Positions 1 through 8,563 of a stretch of 64,000 bases of DNA are shown piece after piece (within the stretch, counting starts at the first letter, position 1; each line of letters opens with the position of its first letter). Made by a program: the position numbers and the translations under genes. The notes under the pieces were generated by a model. The model was not told the origin of the DNA, did not search any database, and saw nothing but the letters and a program-made list of their open reading frames with translations. This DNA comes from Candidatus Melainabacteria bacterium 17Bon1m (GTDB lineage: Bacteria; Cyanobacteriota; Vampirovibrionia; Obscuribacterales; Obscuribacteraceae), in contig JAVLKG010000004.1 in NCBI GenBank assembly GCA_032128875.1, positions 192,001-256,000 of the forward strand, read 5' to 3'.

Positions 1-990
1 TTCACCAACTACCGCGAAAATAAAGTCTGTATGCCTTTCAGGGATAAACGCACCCTGGCTTTGATTGCCCTTCCCAAGCCCAGCGCCTTCCGGTCCCCCG
101 GAGCCAATGGCGATAAGACTCTGCAGGATGTGATATCCAGAACCGCGCGGGTCGTCGTAAGGATTGACGAAACTGGTGAGGCGCTTCTGTTGATACTCTT
201 TCAAAAGTCCCCACATATGAGGGCGCATCTCGCCGGCTGCATAGTTGCCGCCGCAGATGATCAACACCATGAGCAAGCGAATCCAGAAATTCCAATTGGA
301 TGTTCGCCAGAAAAGTAAAAGAACGACTCCGAGGACGCCTATGAAATAAAGCCACCACTGCGGGTTGACGGCGTTGAGAATCAAACTGATGAGAGGGGAC
401 GTCAGCGCCAATACATCACATATGGTGGCACCAGCCCAGAAGGTCATTCCGAAGAAAACCGCGCCGAATGTGAGTGAAGTACCAAGGTCAGGCTGTTTGA
501 AAACCAGCACGGCCGGCGGAAGAATGATGGCGAGAACTTTGAAGATGTCGAAGAAAGAACGTATAGGGCGAGTGCTCATCCAGGCGGAGAGCGTGAAAAT
601 GACGACAAGTTTGGCGATTTCTGACGGCTGCAAGGTAATAGGGCCTAAAGCCAACCAGCGTTGCGCACCTTGTGCGGAGTGACCTTTGATCATAACCGCG
701 ACAAGAAGGACCAAATTGACGACGTACATGATAGGTACGGTCCATTTGTTGGTCAGCAGCTTGTACGGCATGCGGCTGAAGGTAATGAGCAGGGCCAGAC
801 CCACCCAGGCGAATTCGAGTTGCTTCTGGTAATAACCGGCCGTGTGCACTGAATACTTGAGTGTGCTCAGTCCGATGAAAATCAAAAAGAACGTGCACGC
901 CAGAATAATCCAGTCGATTCCAGTCACGAAGCCGAAAATCTGCTTGAGCGCTACATTTATTGGTAGAGGTCTGGACAGAGGTGAATTCAC
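1..990 (-). CDS. rodA: Rod shape-determining protein RodA (SEDS family), 3' end beyond the window edge
   Basis: Not in the ORF track because it runs off the window. Manual translation from GTG at 990 (GAAGGA RBS) gives GAQRW..LQPSEIAKL and FIPERHTDFIFAVVGE SEDS motifs and many TM segments; lies downstream of minE. Confidence 0.9.
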   Translation of the reverse strand, partial: MNSPLSRPLPINVALKQIFGFVTGIDWIILACTFFLIFIGLSTLKYSVHTAGYYQKQLEFAWVGLALLITFSRMPYKLLTNKWTVPIMYVVNLVLLVAVMIKGHSAQGAQRWLALGPITLQPSEIAKLVVIFTLSAWMSTRPIRSFFDIFKVLAIILPPAVLVFKQPDLGTSLTFGAVFFGMTFWAGATICDVLALTSPLISLILNAVNPQWWLYFIGVLGVVLLLFWRTSNWNFWIRLLMVLIICGGNYAAGEMRPHMWGLLKEYQQKRLTSFVNPYDDPRGSGYHILQSLIAIGSGGPEGAGLGKGNQSQGAFIPERHTDFIFAVVGE

Positions 991-1071
991 TGGCTTCCTT
1001 CAAATTGGACCGTAGATAGGAATGGGCAATTGGTGCCGCGCCTATAATTATGGCAGCCGGAGCCGAAAATT

Positions 1072-1110
1072 AGAAAAAGAGACGGAGAAACTGCTGCTTC
1101 TCCGCCTCTT
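1072..1110 (-). terminator. Intrinsic terminator downstream of minE
   Basis: 13-bp stem 1077-1089/1098-1110 (one G-U on the minus strand) ending in a U-run on the minus strand. Confidence 0.65.
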
Positions 1111-1250
1111 GAATTTGAATTGACGATTTCTGACTGTCTTGCTTGACATCGCTCGATTGTGAAATTCGATGATGTTCAGCGCTCGCAGACCGGGTAATGA
1201 GGGCATTACCCCTTTTAGTCGAACGTCGGGTATCCGTTCTTTTCAGACTC

Positions 1251-1511
1251 TTAGCACTTCGAGCGGACCAGGCGGAAATTGGCAATCAATGCCGCCTTGC
1301 GATCCATTTGCTGAAGATCGAATCTGGTAGTGTCCGGTTCTAAATCGAAATACCGGGCGACTACAGCCGTCAATTCTTCTTCCAGAACTTCCAATTTGCC
1401 TGCAGGCAGCTCCAGACGGTCATGCACGAGCATATTGCGCATGCGATCTTTTGCGGTCACTGCGGCTGTTCCGTTTGGAACCTTAAATAGCCAATCTATA
1501 AGTTGTTGCAT
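1251..1511 (-). CDS. minE: Cell division topological specificity factor MinE
   Basis: AKDRMRNMLVHDR motif, amphipathic N-terminus, ALIANF C-terminus; follows minD. Confidence 0.95.
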   Translation of the reverse strand: MQQLIDWLFKVPNGTAAVTAKDRMRNMLVHDRLELPAGKLEVLEEELTAVVARYFDLEPDTTRFDLQQMDRKAALIANFRLVRSKC

Positions 1512-1528
1512 TTAATGGGTTCCTCCAA

Positions 1529-2338
1529 CTACACGCGAACCGGATTGAAGAAGTTGACGATCTTGGTGACCCAAGTATCGTTCTTCGCGTCCAGGTCCAT
1601 GAAGGGAACCTCTTCACCGCGCAAGCGGCGAGCAATATTGCGGAATGCCAGACCTGAGCGGGTGTTGTCCGTTCCGGAGACCGGTTCGCCCTTATTGGTG
1701 GAGATGATGATGTCCTCGTCTTCTGGCACTACTCCCAAAAGCTTGATCGAAAGGATTTCGAGTACATCGTCAACGCCCATCATGTCGGCATTTGCGACCA
1801 TCTTCGGTCTGAGGCGGTTGAGCACCAGACGATATTGTGTGATTTCGTCTTTGCGAGCTTCCAGAAGACCGATGATGCGATCAGCGTCGCGAACGGCGGA
1901 CATTTCAGGAGTCGTGATGACGATTGCTTCCTCGGCGCCGGCGATGGCGTTTTGGAATCCGCTTTCGATACCTGCAGGACTATCGATGAGGACGAAGTCA
2001 AACATGGACTTCAACTCTTCGCAGAGCTTCTTCATCTGGTCTGCATCGACTGCGGTTTTGTCGCGTGTTTGAGCAGCGGGCAAGAGGTTCAAATTAGGCA
2101 TGCGTTTGTCTTTGACGAGCGCTTGCCGTAACTTGCAGCGTTCTTCGACAACGTCTACCAAATTGTAGACAACGCGATTTTCCAACCCCATCAAAATGTC
2201 GAGGTTGCGCAATCCGATGTCCATATCGACTAGGCAGACACTCGCGCCTGTATTTGCGAGTGCGACGCCTATGTTTGCCGACGCGGTTGTTTTACCGACG
2301 CCGCCTTTTCCTGACGTTATTACTATTACTCGACCCAT
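1529..2338 (-). CDS. minD: Septum site-determining ATPase MinD
   Basis: Deviant Walker A SGKGGVGKTT, DIGLRNLD, IDSPAGIE, SAVRDADRIIGLL, and a C-terminal amphipathic helix. Confidence 0.98.
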   Translation of the reverse strand: MGRVIVITSGKGGVGKTTASANIGVALANTGASVCLVDMDIGLRNLDILMGLENRVVYNLVDVVEERCKLRQALVKDKRMPNLNLLPAAQTRDKTAVDADQMKKLCEELKSMFDFVLIDSPAGIESGFQNAIAGAEEAIVITTPEMSAVRDADRIIGLLEARKDEITQYRLVLNRLRPKMVANADMMGVDDVLEILSIKLLGVVPEDEDIIISTNKGEPVSGTDNTRSGLAFRNIARRLRGEEVPFMDLDAKNDTWVTKIVNFFNPVRV

Positions 2339-2404
2339 TATGTTTACCCGTTTCGCTTGCAGTTACTCAGTTAATTAGTTGAGGGATTACCTGGAAAAAA
2401 CTTT

Positions 2405-3397
2405 TCAAAATTGGGGATTGAATTTGAATACTTTGATCTTTCCGTCAACCACACGAGCCGTTTCCGGCCCGTGGTGATTGTCGTAGTGCAGCCGATTCTT
2501 GTCGGGTGAGCGAGCAAAGGACTCGCCGATGCGAATTTGAATCGGTTGCAATCGCAGTGCACGAATTTCGGCATCGTTGTTGCCACTACATCCGGCACGT
2601 GCAATACCTCTGAGTGCACCCCATACGGTGATGTCACCTTCCGCCACCACTTCGGCGCCGGGGTTGACGTCTCCGATAATCACCAGGTGTCCTGTGTGAC
2701 TAACACTCTGTCCTGAACGCAGCGTCTGTCTCAAGTACATAACGCCGGCGTGGACGGGGCCTTCAACTTTCTCTTTGGCTTTGGCAGCCTTCGAGGGTTT
2801 TTCAGTTTTTTCAGTCTTCTCAGTTTCGGAATTCGGCGTGAAGTCTACTTGCGCTTCAGGACCATCAGCTCGAGCTTGGTCTTGAGCGACCTGATCGCCT
2901 TGCTCCATTTGCTCGACTTCTTCAGTGATCAACTGATTTTCGCTGGGCTCGTAGAAAACGGTGACTGTCGAGTTCTCATCAATTGAATCAATGTTCACAG
3001 ACTCGTCAACCCAATCTTCGTCGGTCGGATTTTCCGGAACCTTGATTGTCATCGCGGGCAGTGTCATTGGTTTGCCATCGCCCAAAACGACTCCATGCTC
3101 CAAAAGCGCACCACGAGTGAGTGGTTGTTGCGCAAAAACTTGGTACGGATATACGCCGACACCCTTAGCGAGCGCGAGTATATGCGCAACTTGAGTGGAC
3201 GTAAGCTCTAGCTCTCCAAGATTAAGCGCCACATTGACGCCCTTCCAGAATTGACTGGATACCTGCAGAGTAGACGAAAGATGGCTTACTGCTTCTTGCA
3301 TGGAAGCGCAGCCGCCCACATCTATGAGTACGCCTTGGTCCGGTTGACTGATGATAGCTATTTTAGACATGGGAGGTCTCACCGCGTCCTGAATCAT
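2405..3397 (-). CDS. minC: Septum site-determining protein MinC
   Basis: C-terminal beta-helix motifs LRSGQSV, IGDVNPGAEVVAEGDITVWGALRG; upstream of minD; long acidic linker. Confidence 0.95.
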   Translation of the reverse strand: MIQDAVRPPMSKIAIISQPDQGVLIDVGGCASMQEAVSHLSSTLQVSSQFWKGVNVALNLGELELTSTQVAHILALAKGVGVYPYQVFAQQPLTRGALLEHGVVLGDGKPMTLPAMTIKVPENPTDEDWVDESVNIDSIDENSTVTVFYEPSENQLITEEVEQMEQGDQVAQDQARADGPEAQVDFTPNSETEKTEKTEKPSKAAKAKEKVEGPVHAGVMYLRQTLRSGQSVSHTGHLVIIGDVNPGAEVVAEGDITVWGALRGIARAGCSGNNDAEIRALRLQPIQIRIGESFARSPDKNRLHYDNHHGPETARVVDGKIKVFKFNPQF

Positions 3398-3616
3398 TGT
3401 TATAGTCGGCGAATCGGTATTGATTTGATTCGTTTACAAATCGTATGAGCTGGAAACCCGCACGTCAAGCCAGTTGAGATACTGAGTGGATATACATTAG
3501 TCGATTTATTCGATGACAGAAGAGTAAGGAATTGGCTATATCCGCGGCCATCGCGTATTTCGTAAAAGATAAGAGAGTTTTGATAAACACAATATTTTCC
3601 GAGGATCCTGATCGAT

Positions 3617-5092
3617 ATGTCTCAAATGTCCTCTGAGCAAAACCCTCAGCCTGTGCACTTTACGAGGGCAATGGGTCTTCTTGACTCAACTGCGGTTGTA
3701 GTTGGCTCAATGATCGGATCCGGCATATTCATCGTATCTGCGGAAGCATCCCGTCACCTGGGGTCACCCGGTTGGGTGCTTCTCGCCTGGCTTTTGGCGG
3801 GCGTTCTCACTGTTGTAGGTGCAGTGTGCTACTCGGAGCTATCTGCTATGCATCCACAAGCAGGTGGACAGTATGTCTTCTTGCGCGAGTCGTTTGGTAA
3901 AGCAGCCGCATTCTTATATGGATGGACACTTTTCATGGTCATCCAGACCGGCACCATCGCAGCAGTCGGTGTCGCCTTTGCTAAATTCCTCGGCGTCTTT
4001 GTGCCTGTTGTATCCAAGCAAACCGTGTTTTTCTCAATTGGCGACTATTCGTTTACCGCACTACAACTGGTATCAATTCTGGTGGTCGCTCTCTTGACTG
4101 CAATCAATTGTCGAGGGATTACTGCGGCAAAGTTTATCCAGACAACCTTCACCGTCACTAAAGTGGCCGCGATTGGCTTGCTGATAATTCTTGGGCTTTC
4201 CAGTTTTGGCAAGTTCAATGGTCTCCAGGCGAATTTTTCTTCTTTCTCGGCTTTCTTCTCTCCTTGCGATTTGAAGGGAGACGCTATTGAAGGATTACAA
4301 CTATTGGCGGTTCTTTCACTCGCCATGGTCGGTCCTCTGTTTTCCAGTGACGCGTGGAACAACCTCACTTTCGCTGGCGAGGAAGTGAAGGAACCCACAA
4401 AAACTCTGCCGCGCAGTTTGATGTTGGGCACGGCTCTTGTATCGCTGCTCTATTTGATGACAAACGTTGTCTACATGCTATTGATTCCCTTAAAAGGAAC
4501 AGAAGGAGGCGCGGATGTCATTGCACGCGGTATTCAATTTGCCGCAGAAGATCGTGTCGGTACTGCCGCTGCGGAAATTATCTTCGGTTCGGCCGGTGTC
4601 TACATCATGGCTGCCGCCATCATGGTTTCGACCTTTGGTGCATTGAACGGAATCATTCTGGCTGGTCCGCGTGCATATTACGCCATGGCTCGCGATGGAT
4701 TGTTCTTCAAGAAATGTGGCGAACTGAATGCAACGACGCATGTCCCTACGTTTGGTTTGATCATGCAGGGCGTCTGGTCTTGTTTGCTTTGCCTTTCTGG
4801 TCAGTACAGTAGATTGCTCGAATACGTCATCTTCGCAGCGCTGCTCTTTTACGTTTTGACCGTAGCAGGGCTTTTTGTGATGCGAAAGAAATACCCTAAT
4901 GCTGAGCGTCCCTATAAGGTACCGCTCTACCCGTTTCTTCCAGCACTATATGTGGTGCTGGCCTCCGGCGTTATGATCGGGCAAATTTATCTTTCGCCGC
5001 AGTACAGCGGAGCCGGTCTGCTTATCATTCTTTCCGGTCTACCTGCTTACTTCATTTGGAACCGCAATGCGGCTAAAAATAGCGCAGAGTGA
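3617..5092 (+). CDS. APC-family amino acid permease
   Basis: GSMIGSGIF, YSELSAMHPQAGGQY, GPRAYYAMARDG, RPYKVPLYP; about 12 TM segments. Confidence 0.93.
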   Translation: MSQMSSEQNPQPVHFTRAMGLLDSTAVVVGSMIGSGIFIVSAEASRHLGSPGWVLLAWLLAGVLTVVGAVCYSELSAMHPQAGGQYVFLRESFGKAAAFLYGWTLFMVIQTGTIAAVGVAFAKFLGVFVPVVSKQTVFFSIGDYSFTALQLVSILVVALLTAINCRGITAAKFIQTTFTVTKVAAIGLLIILGLSSFGKFNGLQANFSSFSAFFSPCDLKGDAIEGLQLLAVLSLAMVGPLFSSDAWNNLTFAGEEVKEPTKTLPRSLMLGTALVSLLYLMTNVVYMLLIPLKGTEGGADVIARGIQFAAEDRVGTAAAEIIFGSAGVYIMAAAIMVSTFGALNGIILAGPRAYYAMARDGLFFKKCGELNATTHVPTFGLIMQGVWSCLLCLSGQYSRLLEYVIFAALLFYVLTVAGLFVMRKKYPNAERPYKVPLYPFLPALYVVLASGVMIGQIYLSPQYSGAGLLIILSGLPAYFIWNRNAAKNSAE

Positions 5093-5153
5093 GTTTAGGG
5101 AAAAATCCGTACTTTACAGATATGAAAGGCGCGGAAGCCCTTCTTGTTTTGCA

Positions 5154-5732
5154 TTAGCTGCGGCGTTGCTTTTCAAATGCAGCAAATTGGTCGACAAACC
5201 CCAATTGAAACTTTGCCAGTGGCGATAGACTCTCGGACGAAGTTCCGGCACCCAGGGCAAACATTCTAAGTCCATCGCGTTGGTCGTTCGTAAATCGATC
5301 CCAGACGTTTTGAACCATCTCAAGCTCTTCTTTGACGAATGGCCTGGATTGGTCGAGAAAAGTCGGATGGAAATTGGGAGGCTTGACCTCACGTTCTCTG
5401 TAGTTGTTGAACATCACATAGGACACAATGCTGGATACTTCTTTGTTGACTGCATCGCCGACTTCTTTTCCGTATGTTTTGACAGCGTACTCAAAAAAGC
5501 TGTTGAGGCATGATTTTGATTCCTTGTCCTCTCGTGGTTTGTTCGCTGGTTGTGATTCATACTGGAAAGTGAAGGATTGCCCATCGAATGTGTAGTCGGG
5601 TACGCCACCAGCAATGCGGTGCTCATTGCGAACTCCTTCTGGGTATCTCCAGTCGGAGCGCGGGTTAATCAGCCATTCTGCATACGATGGTGCATTGTTA
5701 TTCTGTTTTTCACAAGATTCAAAACGTTCCAT
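5154..5732 (-). CDS. Hypothetical protein
   Basis: Fills the gap; ATG at 5732 has a GGAG RBS (ORF track starts at TTG 5747); no motif recognised. Confidence 0.65.
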   Translation of the reverse strand: MERFESCEKQNNNAPSYAEWLINPRSDWRYPEGVRNEHRIAGGVPDYTFDGQSFTFQYESQPANKPREDKESKSCLNSFFEYAVKTYGKEVGDAVNKEVSSIVSYVMFNNYREREVKPPNFHPTFLDQSRPFVKEELEMVQNVWDRFTNDQRDGLRMFALGAGTSSESLSPLAKFQLGFVDQFAAFEKQRRS

Positions 5733-5970
5733 ATACGCTCCATCCAAATGTCGTTACTTGTATTCCGTCGTGCACATGTAGAGATAGAGAGAACGTGTGT
5801 CAAGCGCGGATTTATACAAAGAGCCATGTCTGTCGAAACCCATTAGGTGGTCCTCCGACTGAGAAATTGAAATATAGGGTGTGCGGGGCTTTGTGTAGAC
5901 TATAGGTGCGCAGACGTGAAAAACACATGAGAGTGCTCTTCGGGCTTTTGTATCAAGGGTTTGCGGAGTT

Positions 5971-6048
5971 GATCGAATTGCCAGATTGAACTAGTTGTTC
6001 AATATAGAAGTTTGAACTACTAATGCGATCTACGAGTTCGATGTGCCA
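5971..6048. repeat. Degenerate tandem repeat with 13-bp period (6 units), related to the array at 23488
   Basis: GATCGAATTGCCA/GATTGAACTAGTT/GTTCAATATAGAA/GTTTGAACTACTA/ATGCGATCTACGA/GTTCGATGTGCCA. Confidence 0.6.
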
Positions 6049-6998
6049 CCAAACAAGTGCTTCGCCAGAGTCTCCGCTGCTGAGTGCGGATCTACTTCGT
6101 GTTCGACTACTTGGCTGAGCATCTTTTGGTTTTCACCGGGAGTTTCAAGCGCCGCTTTCAAGCTGTCGCGCGCCATGCCAGCGACCAGCTCTGCGAGTTC
6201 CGCTTGTACTTTTGATTTGCGGCGTTCTTTTAACTCGCCCGATGATTGCAAAAATTCTCTGTGTTGTTTTGCAGCTTCCCAAACCTTTTCCACACCTTCG
6301 TTTGTTTCTGCAACACAGGTGATAACCGGCGGGCGCCAGTCGTTGGAAAACGACGCCAATTCCAAACTTGCCGTTATATCTGTTGCTGTTTTGTTTGCGC
6401 CAGGCAAATCGCCTTTGTTTACAACAAAAATATCACCGATTTCCATGATGCCCGATTTGATCGCTTGGACATCATCACCTGAGCCGGGCATGAGCACCAG
6501 GATTGTGGTGTCCGCTGCTTGCGCGATGGCCAGCTCGCTTTGACCAACACCGACTGTTTCGATAATCACAACGTCGTAACCAGAAGCTTCCAGCATGCGC
6601 ACGGCATCATAAGTGCCCATAGCAATACCACCGGAGTGTCCGCGGTTTGCCATAGATCTGATGAATACCGAGCGATCGAGCGTGTGAGCTTGCATGCGGA
6701 TCCGGTCGCCGAGGATGGCACCGCCCGTAAATGGGCTCGATGGATCGACGGCAAGTACGCCGACTTTGAGATTTGCTTTGCGCATTTGAGTAATCAGCGC
6801 ATCGACCAGCGTCGACTTGCCAACGCCCGGAGAGCCGGTTACACCGATTAAGTGCGCGCGCCCCGACTGAGGATAGAGTTGTTTCACAAGCTGGGTCGCT
6901 TGCGGACCGCCGTTTTCCACGAGGCTGATTGCTCGTGCCAGCGCGCGTCTGTCTCCGGAAAGCAGGTCTTTAGTTAATGTATCCAAATCTATCGTCAC
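6030..6998 (-). CDS. meaB: Methylmalonyl-CoA mutase-associated GTPase MeaB (ArgK/LAO family)
   Basis: LARAISLVE, GSPGVGKST, AVDPSSPFTGGAILGDRIRM, ETVGVGQSE, NKGD. Start probably GTG 6998; the ORF is open to 7061. Confidence 0.95.
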   Translation of the reverse strand: MTIDLDTLTKDLLSGDRRALARAISLVENGGPQATQLVKQLYPQSGRAHLIGVTGSPGVGKSTLVDALITQMRKANLKVGVLAVDPSSPFTGGAILGDRIRMQAHTLDRSVFIRSMANRGHSGGIAMGTYDAVRMLEASGYDVVIIETVGVGQSELAIAQAADTTILVLMPGSGDDVQAIKSGIMEIGDIFVVNKGDLPGANKTATDITASLELASFSNDWRPPVITCVAETNEGVEKVWEAAKQHREFLQSSGELKERRKSKVQAELAELVAGMARDSLKAALETPGENQKMLSQVVEHEVDPHSAAETLAKHLFGGTSNS

Positions 6999-7266
6999 AC
7001 CGAATGTATTGCGTTTTTCTATTGCCTGGTTTGCTTTACTCTCCGCTTGTCTTGATATCACCTTGAGAGCAGCGCAGATGATTGTATCTCAGTTGGGCGC
7101 CCTTCTTCATTTGCGCAGCTTTTCTTCAGGAATGGGGAACAAAAATTTTCGCGACCGTGTCAGTAGGCATATTGATGTCGGTATTTCGATGCGAAGCGCC
7201 AAATCGGTGTTTTTCAAGTACCGCTTAATCTGGTTTGACATTGCTAACAATGGCAGGGGTGGCGCA

Positions 7267-7893
7267 GTGAAACAGGTCTCTAAATCGATTGCTTTCTTAG
7301 TTTTGCTCAACATTTCTGCAGCGGGTGCAACTCAAGCAGCTTTTGCGGATCGAGGCAACGTTACTATCAAATCCGGCAGCGGCACTGAAATGGTTCTGAA
7401 GAAAGGCTATTTCGGTGGGCAAGAGCAGTCAATAACCGACAAGCGCGGCAACAAAATCGGGCGCAAGAAGAGTGGTTTGTTCGGCACAACCCAAGAAACT
7501 GAAGTCTCGTTCTTCGGCACCGGTATCAAGAAGAAGAAAGGCTTGTTTGGCGGAACCCAGTACGAAGGAAAGACAATACTTGGCGATTCGATAACATCGA
7601 AGAAGGGCTTGTTTGGCTTTGGCAGGCGCAATACAACTGTCGACATAAGCGGGACAACTGGGCTCGTGAAGCAGTTTATAGGCTCCAAGAAGCTGCCACC
7701 GCTGTTTGATCCAGCTGGTTCTGGTTCTACTGCAGCGCAAAAGAGTTCTGCCGGTGCAATCAGCGGCATTAGTCAGCAAGACGCTGCAGACCTGCTAAAC
7801 AACACACAAATGCCCGGAAGTGCTCAGCCGCCTGTATTGAGCAACCCGCCGCAAGATACTTCGCCACAGGACAATTCCTCGTCTACCTACTGA
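7267..7893 (+). CDS. Secreted hypothetical protein with four KKGLFG-type repeats
   Basis: GTG 7267 gives a Sec signal (KQVSKSIAFLVLLNISAAGATQAAFA-D); 22-23 aa repeats; Ser/Pro/Gln-rich tail. Confidence 0.75.
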   Translation: MKQVSKSIAFLVLLNISAAGATQAAFADRGNVTIKSGSGTEMVLKKGYFGGQEQSITDKRGNKIGRKKSGLFGTTQETEVSFFGTGIKKKKGLFGGTQYEGKTILGDSITSKKGLFGFGRRNTTVDISGTTGLVKQFIGSKKLPPLFDPAGSGSTAAQKSSAGAISGISQQDAADLLNNTQMPGSAQPPVLSNPPQDTSPQDNSSSTY

Positions 7894-7954
7894 GCGTTCA
7901 AGCATTCGAAAAATTTTGAATGCGCCCAATGCCCAACGTCTCAAATGCCGCTGG

Positions 7955-8485
7955 CTATTGCTTCTTGAAGCGGCCCAGCCAGCCTTCTTTCTCTTTGGCG
8001 TTCATGTGGGCTGTAATTTCACCAATGACGGCTTCCAGCCTGCGCTGGTTGTTTTCCGCCTCGTTGAGCATAACCGCCAGCAAATCTCTTTCTTGTTCGC
8101 GCGTTTTTAACTGATGCTGAAGGTCTTGTACAGCGGCTTTCAGCTCTTCTGTCTCGTTTAATTTTGTATCTAGTAATGCGGTGACTTTGGTCAATTCCTG
8201 GTGCAGCTGCTTGTTCTCTCTGGTCTTGTCAGCCAGCAAAATGCCCTGCGACGCCAACTCTCCCTTGACGTCATCAATGTCTCGGGCTGTCCGGTCCAAT
8301 TCTCTTGCTTGAGCCGAAAGGACCAAAGCCTTTTCCTGCTGTGCCAAAAGCTGCTCTTGCAGTTCGACAACCTTCGCCATCAACGCACGAACATCCACTT
8401 GTTGTCCGGTCTGCGGGTTAACCGCCAAATTTCCGTCAGGAACCATTCTTGTTTCCAGGCCTTGTAATACCGACGTGCCAACCAT
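7955..8485 (-). CDS. Coiled-coil hypothetical protein with amphipathic C-terminus
   Basis: Heptad-rich; ends KEKEGWLGRFKKQ. True start probably ATG 8485 or 8446, because the longer ORF overlaps nagA antisense. Confidence 0.75.
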   Translation of the reverse strand: MVGTSVLQGLETRMVPDGNLAVNPQTGQQVDVRALMAKVVELQEQLLAQQEKALVLSAQARELDRTARDIDDVKGELASQGILLADKTRENKQLHQELTKVTALLDTKLNETEELKAAVQDLQHQLKTREQERDLLAVMLNEAENNQRRLEAVIGEITAHMNAKEKEGWLGRFKKQ

Positions 8486-8563
8486 TACTATTCCCAGAGT
8501 TTCTGGGAGCCAATCAAGGCGGCGAACCGCCTCCTTTAGTCTAGCGAGTCCTTCAATAAAAGT

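Noticed and set aside
488-1003. 171-aa minus-strand ORF from the track
   Set aside because: Out-of-frame shadow of rodA, whose real frame runs off the window edge.
5971-6048. Possible mini-CRISPR or SOS box in the periodic array
   Set aside because: Units are 13 bp and contiguous with no spacers and no cas genes nearby; the GAAC-N5-GTTC spacing does not fit the GAAC-N4-GTTC box.
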